A stretch of 64,000 bases of DNA from Nemertoderma westbladi. Lineage: Eukaryota; Animalia; Xenacoelomorpha. Position numbers and translations under genes: made by a program. This document shows positions 14,355 through 27,881 of this stretch, piece after piece; within the stretch, counting starts at the first letter, position 1, and every line of letters starts with the position of its first letter. The stretch lies in assembly GCA_032718475.1 (NCBI GenBank), contig JAUCBJ010008984.1, forward strand, positions 1 to 64,000, read 5' to 3'. Under the pieces are notes generated by a model. That model saw nothing but the letters and a program-made list of their open reading frames with translations. It was not told the origin of the DNA and did no database searches.

Positions 14355-14914
14355 TTAAGGAGTCAAAATTGTAGAAAAAATTACCGAAGTTTGCGACGTT
14401 TGCGAAATGCGCGACGTTTGCGAAATTCGCGAAGAATCCGTCAGTTTCTGTGCCCTAATGGGTTCGTGCCAAAACAATCAAATCTTACACACTTAACACA
14501 CACGAACTAATTTAAAGTGGGTATTAGTATGCCTGAATAATTACATAGAAATTAAGTTAATGAACGCTATTTCAACATGAAATCTACGGAATCAATACAC
14601 AACACACGCACACTACTGAATTTAAAAATTTATATAGATTTCAACTTATATTTGCCTACCTTTTAATGTGTGACTAATTTAATTATTCAACCCTATATAT
14701 TTGTAGCCTTTTTAATTTGTGCCTTTAATTGAATCAAACATTAAACTAAAATATATGTCACAATATTGGTCTGTCTGTAGCTGCTCAATGAATCCCTCAT
14801 AAATTTGTTAATTAGTCGCTGTTCATTCATTGAACATTTTAACACGTGCTGCTCGAAGACCCCACAACGTGTATTATTGCTGTGTTGGTTGCCAGAAAGT
14901 AAATTAGCACTCCG

Positions 14915-15400
14915 GTTTTCCATACCTCCGCTGGGATTTCATCTAATCCACTCGCTTTATGATTGGACATGCTTTTAATGCTTCATTGTACTGTAGTTCC
15001 CCAGGTGTGAAGTACCCTGTTTCTATAGGTGTGTCTTGTCATATATTTTCCTTGTAGGGCTGACCTCGATGTTTGGTGGCTGCCCAAGCAAGTTGCTGAA
15101 GTGATCTTTCCATTTCCCCACACGTTCTTCAGGACTATCAGTTTTATGCGCCCCTTAGAACAACCTTTCCGACCAGATATCTCATTTATAGTTTGTCAGG
15201 TAAGTCTTGATTGTTGCTGTTTGTCAGCAGTTGTTGTGTGTGTTGTGCAATTTTTTCAAGATTGTCCTGATGTACGTCTGATGGCTGATGTTGTAGGCCA
15301 ATTTAAGATCTTTAATGGCTTTCTCAACCTTGTTGATGTTTTCTGTTGTTGGTTGTTCGGTTTTTACTTTGTAGGCTATCTGAACAGCTACATCCGCACC
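14915..15400 (-). mobile_element. Degenerate RTE-like LINE fragment (endonuclease-RT linker)
   Basis: Reverse strand, with frameshifts and stops: INEISGRK...SPEERVGKWKDHFSNLLGQPP...IETGYFT...SNHKASGLDEIPAEVWKT. Confidence 0.8.
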
Positions 15401-16316
15401 CGGTTCAGTTTTACTTTCAGCTACTGTATATCAGGTATTGTTTTACTTTTAACATCTTCTCTCTTACAAGTAACCTCAGAGTCTTAAAGATTATACTGAA
15501 GGTTATTTCTAAAACAGTCTGAGATCTAGAAAATATGTGCCACTTATCAATCAGGTCGAAAGGATTATAAATATTAATAACGAAATGGGAGAAGGTTTTT
15601 CACTTTCAGACATTTCGCCATCTAGGGGAAATGGGAGAACTGCAGATAAGCCCAGAGCTGCAGTTTGTTGTTTTACAGCTGAGTGAGAGCAGTATTTGGG
15701 TGAGCGCAGCACGCACACCCAAATTGTTTCACTATACTTTCTTTTTGTTTGTAGTGTTGCAGTACCGGTAGGTGAGGCCAACAACACAACTGATTCGATT
15801 CCGTAATTATTAAAGTACTTTATTACCAGTATTGCATAATTGCTGCCTAACATTATACTAGTCTGATAGTGCTAGTGTGTAGTCGAGTCGAGGTCGCTGA
15901 CCTTTGTAGTGGCCCGTCTAGTGCTTACATACAGACGCGACCCAGTACCATGTTGCTTGTGTACCATTTACCATTGTAGGGACTACCAAGTAATACCGGT
16001 CAGCCCGTAACAGTGTAGAAAGTAATCCAAATTAGGGACTCCAAATTGATCAAATCCAAAAAAGGCCTCGCGAATAATAATAATACAAAACGTTTTTATT
16101 GCTGGGGAAGACCCTCTATCCTTAACATATTATAAATCTTCGTAACAGTAACAGTGTAGGCTGTTTCCTGTTAGGTCAGTAGGTAGCCTACGACTGTACG
16201 ACAGTCTGACAGTACGAGTACGAGTACATCAGTCTGGCAGTAGGGCTGTTAGTTTAGTGTAAACTGTAACAGTGTAAAGTAATTTATCACCTTCTTACCG
16301 GTTCTTTTAACAAATA

Positions 16317-16389
16317 ATGGATGTTCCGGTAACAGCTGAAAGGAGGAGGAAGAAGGCAACAGCTCGATACACTCATCACAATAACCAAG
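16317..16389 (+). CDS. CCDC59: Putative coding exon 1 of the CCDC59-like gene (MDVPVTAERRRKKATARYTHHNNQ/G)
   Basis: ATG-initiated basic open frame ending at donor CAAG|GTAGGC (phase 1), compatible with the phase-1 acceptor at 38071. The linkage is inferred, not proven. Confidence 0.5.
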
Positions 16390-16864
16390 GTAGGCTTGAA
16401 ATTATCTGAGTATTTAAATTTATTCTAGGTATCCCTACAGTACATCAGTCAGTCAGTAGGCCTACGGTACCACTTCCAGTACAGCAGTAGTGTTGGTGTT
16501 CTGGCTGCAGGGCTGGCTGGTGGCTGGTAACGATAGAACGAGGTTAAAATAATACCGGTAATTATAATTCTGTAATTAGGGTTAAACGTTAAGGCAATTC
16601 ACGCAACCATTACCCACTGCCCACCACTGCACCAGCCACCAGTCTACCACTGTACCAATACATGCAATATATTCCAGTATTTTGATATTGATATTACTGT
16701 ATTAAAATAAAACATAAACTGTAAAACCAATTCCTGAATTCTTTATGTACTGATGTATGAAATTAGTTATTCTTCAATCTGTCAATTAGGCCTATAACAG
16801 TAAAAGCTGATAAGCCTACCTACTGACCTACTTAATTGAATTTACAACTCCCAACTGTATAAAC

Positions 16865-17728
16865 ATGCGGATCCCAATCATTATGATTCCATATCGTCGT
16901 CCAGGCCGCCCTTCGTCGGTCTTCACGTTCACGTTTCGCCTTGGCAATGAGGTATCTAAACTCCCCGTTATGACTCGAATTATTCACACCAACGCGATTC
17001 AACGCCAACAAATAAAACCCCCGAGAATTGAGACGGACGCTGAGCGAATGGCAACGGAGCGCCGCCTAGCGGCCAAGGTGCCCATGTCGTGGACCTCCAC
17101 GGTCGTATCTCTCCTAGCTGGACTCGTCTTCCTTTACTTTCTCAACCGCTGGGGCGACCGGAAGAAGAAAGATATGCGGTTGTCTAAGAGCTACGGACGG
17201 GCCGATATCGGTGGTGCGTTCGAACTGACCACTCACACTGGGGAGCGGGTAACAGACAAGGACTTCCTCGGCAAGTGGCTTCTCGTCTACTTCGGGTTCA
17301 CTAACTGCCCCGATGTTTGTCCTGAGGAACTCGAGAAGATAGCCGCCACCCTCAACGTAGTTGGGAACGTTTTCGGCGCGGAACTATACTCCAAACTCGT
17401 TCCTCTGTTTGTAACCGTCGACCCTGCCAGAGATAGCGCGGAAGAGATTGGTAAATACGTACACGAGTTCCACCCGAGATTCATCGGGTTGACGGGAAAT
17501 AAAGAGGAAATCAATAAAGTCACTAAGACCTATAGGATTTATTACAGTGCTGGAGAGAAGGATAATAGAGGCGACTATATATTGGACCACAGTATAGTAA
17601 CCTACCTAATGGGGCCAGACGGGAAGTTTAGGTGCTACTTTACCAAGACTGACACCCCCGACTCTATCGCCGATACTATTCATAAGTATTTTAAGGAATA
17701 TAACATGTTGACAATGAAACCAAACTGA
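16865..17728 (+). CDS. SCO1: SCO1/SCO2-family mitochondrial copper chaperone for cytochrome c oxidase, intronless, 287 aa
   Basis: Arg-rich N-terminal presequence-like region, a single TM segment (VVSLLAGLVFLYFL), IGGAFEL, YFGFTNCPDVCPEEL (CxxxC), FVTVDPARD, and DYILDHS with the conserved His. Confidence 0.96.
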   Translation: MRIPIIMIPYRRPGRPSSVFTFTFRLGNEVSKLPVMTRIIHTNAIQRQQIKPPRIETDAERMATERRLAAKVPMSWTSTVVSLLAGLVFLYFLNRWGDRKKKDMRLSKSYGRADIGGAFELTTHTGERVTDKDFLGKWLLVYFGFTNCPDVCPEELEKIAATLNVVGNVFGAELYSKLVPLFVTVDPARDSAEEIGKYVHEFHPRFIGLTGNKEEINKVTKTYRIYYSAGEKDNRGDYILDHSIVTYLMGPDGKFRCYFTKTDTPDSIADTIHKYFKEYNMLTMKPN

Positions 17729-20690
17729 TTTACTGCGGTTTGTTTGAATACTTGCAGTTTCACTCAGCTCAGCGGTGACGCAATGTTTATAAATATATAT
17801 CTAAAAACCAACTCAAACTTTTATATTATTAATGAATCCATATAAATATACACGGTGTCCCGTAAAGTTTGATATGATTTCTTATAATAATGTGAAATTA
17901 TGCTGAACGAAGAAATAATGAAATAAGTTGAGATGTTTACTGGAAACAAAATCATCATATTGTCACAAGCAATAATATATCAGGGTGTGGGGGGGGGGGG
18001 GGGGGGGCTTAATGTTTTTATATATATATAATTGTACCAAATTTTGAAGGACAACCTGAGCTGTATAATTATTACAGGCGTGTAAACATGTTATTTATAC
18101 TTCTAGTTAGGTGTGCAATATTCAAACAATTATTACCTATTAATTGATATTTTATAAATTGAACTGTTTCATATTATTTCAAAAGAATACGTTCATAGTC
18201 GTTTACACAACTTTATAGTCCGCTCACACAACTTTATAATCCGCTCACACAACTTTATAGTCCGCTCACACAACTTTATAGTCCGCTTACACAACTTTAT
18301 AGTCCGCTCACCAAACTTTATAGCCGCTCACACAACTTTATAGTCCGCTCACACAACTTTATAGTCCGCTCACATAACTTTATAGTCCGCTCACACAACT
18401 TTATAGCCGCTCACACAACTTTATAGTCCGCTCACACAACTTTATAGCCGTTCACACAACTTTATAGTCCGCTCACACAACTTTATAGTCCGCTCACACA
18501 ACTTTATAGTCCGCTCACACAACTTTATAGTCCGCTTACACAACTTTATAGTCCGCTCACCAAACTTTATAGTCCGCTCACCAAACTTTATAGCCGCTCA
18601 CACAACTTTATAGTCCGCTCACCAAACTTTATAGCCGTTCACACAACTTTATAGTCCGCTCACACAACTTTATAGTCCGCTCACATAACTTTATAGTCCG
18701 CTCACACAACTTTATAGTCCACTCACACAACTTTATAGTCCGCTCACACAACTTTATAGCCGCTGACACAACTTTATAGTCCGCTCACACAACTTTATAG
18801 TCCGCTCACACAACTTTATAGTCCGCTCACACAACTTTATAGTCCGCTCACACAACTTTATAGTCCGCTCACACAACTTTATAGTCCGCTCACCAAACTT
18901 TATAGCCGTTCACACAACTTTATAGTCCGCTCACACAACTTTATAGTCCGCTCACACAACTTTATAGTCCGCTCACACAACTTTATAGTCCGCTTACACA
19001 ACTTTATAGTCCGCTCACCAAACTTTATAGCCGCTCACACAACTTTATAGTCCGCTCACACAACTTTATAGTCCGCTCACATAACTTTATAGTCCGCTCA
19101 CACAACTTTATAGCCGCTCACACAACTTTATAGTCCGCTCACACAACTTTATAGCCGTTCACACAACTTTATAGTCCGCTCACACAACTTTATAGTCCGC
19201 TCACACAACTTTATAGTCCGCTCACACAACTTTATAGCCGCTGACACAACTTTATAGTCCGCTCACACAACTTTATAGTCCGCTCACACAACTTTATAGT
19301 CCGTTCACACAACTTTATAGTCCGCTCACCAAACTTTATATCCGCTCACCAAACTTTATATCCGCTCACACAACTTTATAGTCCGCTCACACAACTTTAT
19401 AGTCCGCTCACACAACTTTATAGTCCGCTCACACAACTTTATAGTCCGCTCACACAACTTTATAGCCGCTGACACAACTTTATAGTCCGCTCACCAAACT
19501 TTATATCCGCTCACCAAACTTTATATCCGCTCACACAACTTTATAGTCCGCTCACACAACTTTATAGTCCGCTCACACAACTTTATAGTCCGCTCACACA
19601 ACTTTATAGTCCGCTCACACAACTTTATAGTCCGCTCACACAACTTTATAGTCCGCTCACACAACTTTATAGTCCGCTCACACATCTTTATAGCCGCTCA
19701 CACAACTTTATAGTCCGCTCACACAACTTCATAGTTTTCTCACACAAGTTTATGGTCCTCTCACCCAACTTTATAGTCCGCTCACACAACTTTATAGTCC
19801 GCTCACACAACTTTATAGTCCGCTCACACAACTTTATAGCCGCTCACACAACTTTATAGTCCGCTCACACAACTTTATAGTCCGCTCACCAAACTTTATA
19901 GCCGCTGACACAACTTTATAGTCCGCTCACACAACTTTATAGTCCGCTCACACAACTTTATAGTCCGCTCACACAACTTTATAGTCCGCTCACACAACTT
20001 TATAGTCCGCTCACACAACTTTATAGTCCGCTCACACAACTTTATAGTTTTCTCACACAAGTTTATGGTCCTCTCACCCAACTTTATAGTCCTCTCATAC
20101 AACTTTCTAGTCCTCTTACAAAACTTTATAACAGTTCACACAACTTTATAGTTTTCTCACACAAGTTTGTGGTCCTCTCATACAACTTTCTAGTCCTCTC
20201 ACAAAACTTTATATTCCTCTCACCTAACTTTATATTCCTCTTACATTAGTGTTACAACGGGATCGGGATCCACAATTTTTGGGATTCGAGATCGGGATTG
20301 CAACTGTCTGGATCCCGATTTTCGGGATAGGTATTTTTAATTTTATTGCGGACCAACTCAACACAAACTTTAAATGCCCTGCCCTGGTCTCCATCTATAG
20401 GAGTTAAAAGTCTTTCGAGAAAGCTCATGTACTATAAAATGCCTGGATATGTAAAAATGTCTACTGCCTTTTTTTTTTCAAATGGTTCAAAGACATAGTA
20501 ATCCCACGTACGTATTTCATTTCATACGCATATAAATATTATCATATTCAATAAAAAGCAACACGTTTTCTATTATTTATAATAGTATAGGCATTTCATG
20601 TATCTATTTAATGAATGAATTTCAGACATAAATTTTCTATTCAGAAATCAGATATAAATCATGTAAATCAATCTATCCTTCATCAATCAT

Positions 20691-22080
20691 TAGGGATGTA
20701 AGTTTTCCGGAAATACGATTTTTCAAGGAAATTTCCGGAAAAGTATACTTCACCCGTACTGCCGTCTTAAGGCAAAGTACCCTATCTCCAAAAATCGTGT
20801 TTTGAGTAATTTATACATGTTATACATGTTTGTTATACAAGTGGAATATTCCACTTGTCCGGAACCAGAACAACTTTTACTGGAACACTTTTACTGGAAC
20901 ACTTTTACTGGAACACTTTTACTGGAACACTTTTACTGGAACACTTTTACTGGAACACTTTTACTGGAACACTTTTACCGGTGTACATTAGACAACCTTA
21001 AAGTTGTAGCTTTTAAGGAATGTAGAGACGACCTTCAACGCTTATGTGTTGAAAGTTACCTGATTAATAGTTATAGGCCCCCATTAAATAAAATATTACC
21101 AGCGTTATAAGTGCAGTAGTGCTGTCTATTGGATCTTTGTGTAATATAGTTGTAAATATTATATGTAAATAAAACACAATTTTAATATGTACTATTAACC
21201 CATCGATTTGTAATTCCTTAGTGTAAATAGTTAGAAATTGTTAAACCACCGATTTATAATAGTGTGAATAGATAGAAATTTTTATATCTCAATTTTTTTA
21301 TGATTTTTCGCTATACCCGTCTAATAATATATGCAATTATATAGTACCACCTATTTGTGCTCGCCCCACTATGTGCCTTATCCTAATACATACTTTATAG
21401 AGGTACCGCTAACTTTGTTATTTACTGTTGTGCAGTGTAGTTTTACAGTTCGGTTTAGTGTTTCAGTTTATATAGAGTCTGAAGAATGGCCTAGGCCAGA
21501 AAGTACTCACTTAAATTAATTAAATTATTTTTTACCGTTGGGGAAGACCCATATCTATTTGTATTTATTTAACTTGGTTTCATTTGATAGAGCGCCTTAA
21601 TTAGGCCGGTGTGTACAATAAAAAAATTTTCATAAAATTTTGAGATATGGCATTCTGCATTAAGACAGCAGCGTAGTTGCGACCACAAGAGCCAAGACAA
21701 CGAACCACCTCAACATAACTAAGTAGGAATCCCTTGTTTCCATTGTTTACTCTACTTGTGTTTTCCTATGTGTTTTCAGATTCAGAATGTTTATAAAACT
21801 GAGAAAATAGCAGGAGGTAAAATTGTGAAAGATTTAAAATTGAAAATGTATCAATATCCGAAATTGCGTTCAATATAAAACATCCAGTTAATAATGAAAT
21901 TGACAAAACACAAAGTCACTCATCTTTTTTTAGTTCAAATCGTATTATTACTATTTTATCCAATTATTAATATGAGGTTATTTCTGTAAATATTTACTAT
22001 TAAAAGTAAACTTTTTATAATAAATTAATAAAATAGGAAATTTTCGGAAATTTCCTTACATTTCTTGACTCACATCCCTA
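20691..22080. mobile_element. Second non-autonomous hAT-type element nested in the first
   Basis: TIRs TAGGGATGTAAGT / ACTCACATCCCTA. Perfect 8-bp TSD TCAATCAT at 20683-20690 and 22081-22088. Subterminal TTTCCGGAAA motifs. Confidence 0.88.
20874..21110 (+). mobile_element. 14-bp minisatellite (ACTTTTACTGGAAC, ~7 copies) followed by a Penelope-like GIY-YIG C-terminal relic
   Basis: LDNLKVVAFKECRDDLQRLCVESYLINSYRPPLNK resembles the PLE endonuclease end motif (ES..I....P.LN). Confidence 0.55.
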
Positions 22081-22811
22081 TCAATCATCCAATGAAAATC
22101 CTCTAAAATTTTTGTTTTTGACAAAAAATTTGTTTATGTTTGTGGCAAAAATTCTATATTTTTTTACAATTTTACAAATTTTATGCTGCACGGCATATAA
22201 ATTCAGAAAAATCCCGAAAAATCCCGATATTTTTCCATCGGGATCGGAATGGGATCAGGATTTTCCATCGGGATCCCGATTTTCGGGGCCGGGATCCCGT
22301 TGCAACACTATCTTACATAACTTTATATTTTTTTATAGCCGTTTACACAACTTTTTAGTTTTCTCACCACGTTATTATGGTCCTCTTACCCAACTTTATA
22401 GTCCACTCACACAACTTTCTAGTACGCTCACCAAACTTTATAGCCGTTCACACAACTTTATAGTTTTCTGACACAACTTTATATCCTCTCACCCAACTTT
22501 CCAGTCCGCTCACACATCCGTTCACTCCGGTTGTACTCCGTTCACACAACCGGTTATAACAATTTAGTCTGCTTCTCGGAACTCAGGTCAGTTTAACTTA
22601 TCTATTCCGCCCATTCTCACAACTACATGGTTCGTGTACACAACTTAAATGCCATAACGTTGTTAACTTTCAAAGAAGTAGATGATATCTGCGAAATGTT
22701 CTCAATCTATTTTAATTATTTGCAATTCTAAAATTGTGGTTTCTACTAATGCATGCCTTACCTGTAATCGAAAATAATTTAATTAATATACTGTATATAC
22801 TATTCCTTACA

Positions 22812-24648
22812 TGGTCCATTCCATGTTACGTGTGTTTCATCCTCATGCGATTTTTGAAGTTCATCATGCAAATTTTATTAGAAAACACTTCACAAACATT
22901 AACTTATAGTTTCTGTATAATTGTTTGGTTATTCCATGTTGTGTGTGTGAAATATTATTGAACAAAAGTAAATATTAGATTCTCAGTAAGCATTTAAAAA
23001 AGTGTTTTATGTGTGTTACACATGAAATGCACCCAAAATTGGACAAATAATGTAAGTTAAATTTCATGAAAATCAAGAGTATTAGTAATTCAGAGCAGTG
23101 ACTATCCGATATAATTAGATATCTAAAATGATAAATAACATAGTTGCAAGGAATAAAACCAATTCTGACTAAAGTAGTAGTTACGTGTGTTACGTTACAT
23201 GTGTTACATTTAAGACCACTACTTCATTTGCAAATTAAATTATGTTCATTCATATTGTATACAAATATATGTTTTATATAATAAAACATAGAAGATCAAA
23301 TTTTCTAGAACAGTGATTGTTTTTTTGGTCATTCCATGTTATATTGAAAATATTTGACTTCAAAGTTTTCCCTAATATTGCAGTTATCACAATGAAAATT
23401 GCCCATCTTTTGAATTTGGCTCAAAATGATAAGAAATTGATGTTTACTAAAATTGGTCTTTTCATTATATAAGTATTAATGCCTAATGTGAAGAAAAACA
23501 TCCAAAATGTAATTCTGGATATATATAGTTGTGACCAACTTGGCGAATGAAATGTTACTTTTCGTTTGTAACACACGTAACATATATAATATAACTAAAA
23601 GTTTCAATTTCTAAGCTTTCACTACATTTGGTAAGCCATGGTATGGTTAAGCATACAAAGTAAGACTGTTATGTGCTCTAAAATGCCACAAAGAGTAAAG
23701 TATGTGAATAATCCAGTACAACTTACCAGATCATTAAAAAATGTAACACACGTAACATATATTTATTTACAAATAATTCAATGAGATATAATAACATCAA
23801 TTATAAATTATATACCATTCATTAAGGGGGATTCGCACTGGAGGTAAGAATGACTCGTGACCAGTCATGAAACTTAAGTATAACCAATCAAAAGAGAAAG
23901 ATTTCCGTTTTTATTACGCTGTACTCTTTTTTCATTGGGTAGCTGTCTGTACTCAAGTTTCATGACTAGGCATGACTCATTCTTATCCAGTGTGAATCCC
24001 CCTTAATGAATGGTATATAATTTCTAATTGATATTATTATATCATTGAATTATTTTGTAATTAAATATATAACTTTGAAATTCATACATGTAACACACGT
24101 AACATGTTACGTGTGTTACATTTTTTAATTGTCTTGTAAGTTGAACTGGATTATTCGCATACTTTACTCTTTGTGGCATTTTAGAGCACATAACATTCTT
24201 GCTTTGTATGCTTAACCATGGCTTTCCAAATGTAGTGAAAGCCTAGAAATTAAAACTTTTAGTTATATTATGTTACGTGTGTTACAAACGAAAAGTAACA
24301 TTTCATTCGCAATTTGGTCACAACTATATTATCCAGAATTACATTTTGGATATTTTTTCCTTACATTAGACTTTAACACTTATGTAATGACAAGAAAAGT
24401 TTTAGTAAACATGAATTTTTTTATCATTTCCAGCCAAATTCATAATAAGTGCAATTTTTATTATGATAACTGCAATATTAGGGCAAACTTTGAAGTCAAA
24501 TATTTTCAATATAACATGGAATGACTAAGAATCAATCAGTGTTCTAGAAAATTTGATCTTCTATGTATATTATAAGATATGCAGCAATGACATGATAGGA
24601 AGGAAAAAATATTTTTTCCCCTGGGACCACTTCTCGTGGAATGGACCA
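22812..24648. mobile_element. Foldback-like element containing a ~1.3 kb imperfect palindrome (arms ~23280-23880 and ~23950-24575)
   Basis: The arms are reverse complements (e.g. CATAGAAGATCAAATTTTCTAGAAC at 23288 vs GTTCTAGAAAATTTGATCTTCTATG at 24541). A TGTTACGTGTGTTACA motif recurs. 12-bp terminal inverted repeat TGGTCCATTCCA / TGGAATGGACCA; TSD unclear. Confidence 0.75.
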
Positions 24649-25230
24649 CACAATCTTACATTTCTTACATAATCTTACTAACAATCTAATTAAGGAGACC
24701 ATTACCCCCAATGAAAGTTTAATTTCGAAAATTTACAAAATGGAAAATAAAATCATTAATTTTTGTAGTTTGGTAGTAGGGCTTTCATGTGGAGACACGT
24801 CGAGTGATTTTTCACCACAAACATATCTAGGTCTATTGAGCCAAACACATGGGCCTAGAACTACAACCCATACAGATCCTTAATAACTACCTGCTCAAAA
24901 AGTGCCATATTTTTCGAACAAAATGGTTTGGGTTGTTTCAAAGTAAAAGATCACAGATCATTGTGTTAAATTTCATAATATATTTATAAATAAACAGATA
25001 TTGATAAACCAATCTATACCTATTAGCAACATAAATGTATCACATGAGGGAGGGGGGGGGGGGGGGGGGGGTAAACGCCAAGAAAATGGAGTGTAAACTC
25101 TACGTCAATAATCAGCTGTCGGCAACCGTCATTTATTGACAACATCTCGTTTATTGTTTTGGTTAGAATAACTCGCCATAGAATAACATCGCATCCTGCC
25201 CCTTATAACTATTGTCAGTTTTCGTCCATT

Positions 25231-27098
25231 GGCGTAGCGTTACACCCAGTAATAACTCGCACCACAATATATTTTTATCAGCGTAGCATTACACCCAGTA
25301 ATAACTCGCACCACAATATATATTATCAGCGTAGCGTTACACCCAGTAATAACTCGCACCACAATATCTATTATCGGCGTAGCGTTACACCCAGTAATAA
25401 CTCGCACCACAATATATATTATCGGCGTAGCGTTACACCCAGTAATAACTCGCACCACAATATCTATTATCGGCGTAGCGTTACACCCAGTAATAACTCG
25501 CACCACAATATCTATTATCGGCGTAGCGTTCCACCCAGTAATAACTCGCACCACAATATATATTATCGGCGTAGCGTTACACCCAGTAATAACTCGCACC
25601 ACAATATCTATTATCGGCGTAGCGTTACACCCAGTAATAACTCGCACCACAATATCTATTATCGGCGTAGCGTTCCACCCAGTAATAACTCGCACCACAA
25701 TATATATTATCGGCGTAGCGTTACACCCAGTAATAACTCGCACCACAATATTTATTATCGGCGTAGCGTTACACCCAGTAATAACTCGCACCACAATATA
25801 TATTATCGGCGTAGCGTTACACCCAGTAATAACTCGCACCACAATATCTATTATCGGCGTAGCGTTCCACCCAGTAATAACTCGCACCACAATATATATT
25901 ATCGGCGTAGCGTTACACCCAGTAATAACTCGCACCACAATATCTATTATCAGCGTAGCGTTACACCCAGTAATAACTCGCACCACAATATATATTATCG
26001 GCATAGCGTTACACCCAGTAATAACTCGCACCACAATATCTATTATCGGCGTAGCGTTACACCCAGTAATAACTCGCACCACAATATATATTATCGGCGT
26101 AGCGTTACACCCAGTAATAACTCGCACCACAATATATATTATCAGCGTAGCGTTACACCCAGTAATAACTCGCACCACAATATCTATTATCGGCGTAGCG
26201 TTACACCCAGTAATAACTCGCACCACAATATATATTATCGGTGTAGCATTACACCCAGTAATAACTCGCACCACAATATATATTATCGGTGTAGCGTTAC
26301 ACCCAGTAATAACTCGCACCACAATATCTATTATCGGCGTAGCGTTACACCCAGTAATAACTCGCACCACAATATATATTATCGGCATAGCGTTACACCC
26401 AGTAATAACTCGCACCACAATATCTATTATCGGCGTAGCGTTACACCCAGTAATAACTCGCACCACAATATATATTATCGGCGTAGCGTTACACCCAGTA
26501 ATAACTCGCACCACAATATATATTATCAGCGTAGCGTTACACCCAGTAATAACTCGCACCACAATATCTATTATCGGCGTAGCGTTACACCCAGTAATAA
26601 CTCGCACCACAATATCTATTATCGGCGTAGCGTTACACCCAGTAATAACTCGCACCACAATATCTATTATCGGCGTAGCGTTACACCCAGTAATAACTCG
26701 CACCACAATATATATTATCAGCGTAGCGTTACACACAGTAATAACTCGCACCACAATATCTATTATCGGCGTCGCGTTACACCCAGTAATAACTCGCACC
26801 ACAATATATATTATCGGCGTAGCGTTACACCCAGTAATAACTCACACCACAATATCTATTATCGGCGTAGCGTTACACCCATTAATAACTCGCACCACAA
26901 TATATATTATCGGAGTAGCGTTACACCCAGTAATAACTCGCACCACAATATCTATTATCGGCATAGCGTTACACCCAGTAATAACTCGCACCACAATATA
27001 TATTATCGGTGTAGCGTTACACCCAGTAATAACTCACACCACAATATATATTATCGGTGTAGCGTTACACCCAGTAATAACTCGCACCACAATATATA
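25231..27098. repeat. 48-bp tandem repeat, left arm, ~39 copies (ATCGGCGTAGCGTTACACCCAGTAATAACTCGCACCACAATATATATT)
   Basis: Directly visible; interrupted by the LTR element. Confidence 0.97.
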
Positions 27099-27471
27099 TG
27101 TTGGAGATTTATATTAGCTTTTATTAACATTCTTCCCATAGTTTTTCTAAACATTATATTATCATGATTATTAGTTGGCAATTTACCATTATAGATAGGC
27201 TTACTTTGAAGTATTATATTTGTCACATTGTTACATTAATTAACAGCTGATTTATCTATTGAGGTTTACTCTTTACCATTTACTCTTTTGATATTCATAG
27301 TTATTGTTGTTGTTTTTTGTTGTCGTAAAACTTTCAATAATATTGCCAATATGTATACTTATACTGTAGGAATAGCTCTGTTTATATATTAAATATACTA
27401 TAAGATTATTGTTTATTATATTCGACATCTTATACTAAAAACTCTTTATCAATCCTTCGGGAACCCCAACA
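27099..27471 (+). repeat. 5' LTR
   Basis: TGTTGG...CCAACA; direct repeat of 33501-33873. Confidence 0.97.
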
Positions 27472-27881
27472 AGTGGAGCCTTCAGAGAGAAACAGACTAT
27501 CCTACGGTATTTCATTCAACGAGACAACAATGTTTCGATGTTGATTTCTTCAAGTTGTGAACATTTACACAATAACTCGCTTTGATCAATTCACTCAAGA
27601 AGCAGCATCTGTATTGTTATCGCCTTCAGTTGAACTCAAATTACCTCGGACATTGCGGTAAGATCGAACCAAAGTAACTATTATTGTAACAAGATTTAAC
27701 TGATCATTTTCTTGTATCTTATATAAATACTGTATTTATTTGATATCGTGTTTAATATTTTGACAGTATTGATTAATTGCACAATTTATAGTTACAATAT
27801 TTGTATAGGGATTTAAATTCGTAGCCTAAAATCAAATTTTCTCAAAATCAAATTATTGGATCAACAAAATATAAATACTGT

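Larger units (their letters stand above)
20247..22310. mobile_element. Non-autonomous hAT-type DNA transposon
   Basis: TIRs TAGTGTTACAACGGGATC / GATCCCGTTGCAACACTA (17/18 match). Perfect 8-bp TSD TCTTACAT at 20239-20246 and 22311-22318. Subterminal GGGATC/GATCCC repeats. No transposase ORF. Confidence 0.9.
18196..22560. repeat. 21-bp tandem repeat (ACTTTATAGTCCGCTCACACA), ~95 copies to 20246, resuming degenerate at 22311-22560 after a transposon insertion
   Basis: Directly visible, with 20-bp variants and a degenerating right end. Confidence 0.95.

Noticed and set aside
15029-15487. 152-aa hydrophobic plus-strand ORF
   Set aside because: It is the antisense shadow of the minus-strand LINE fragment.
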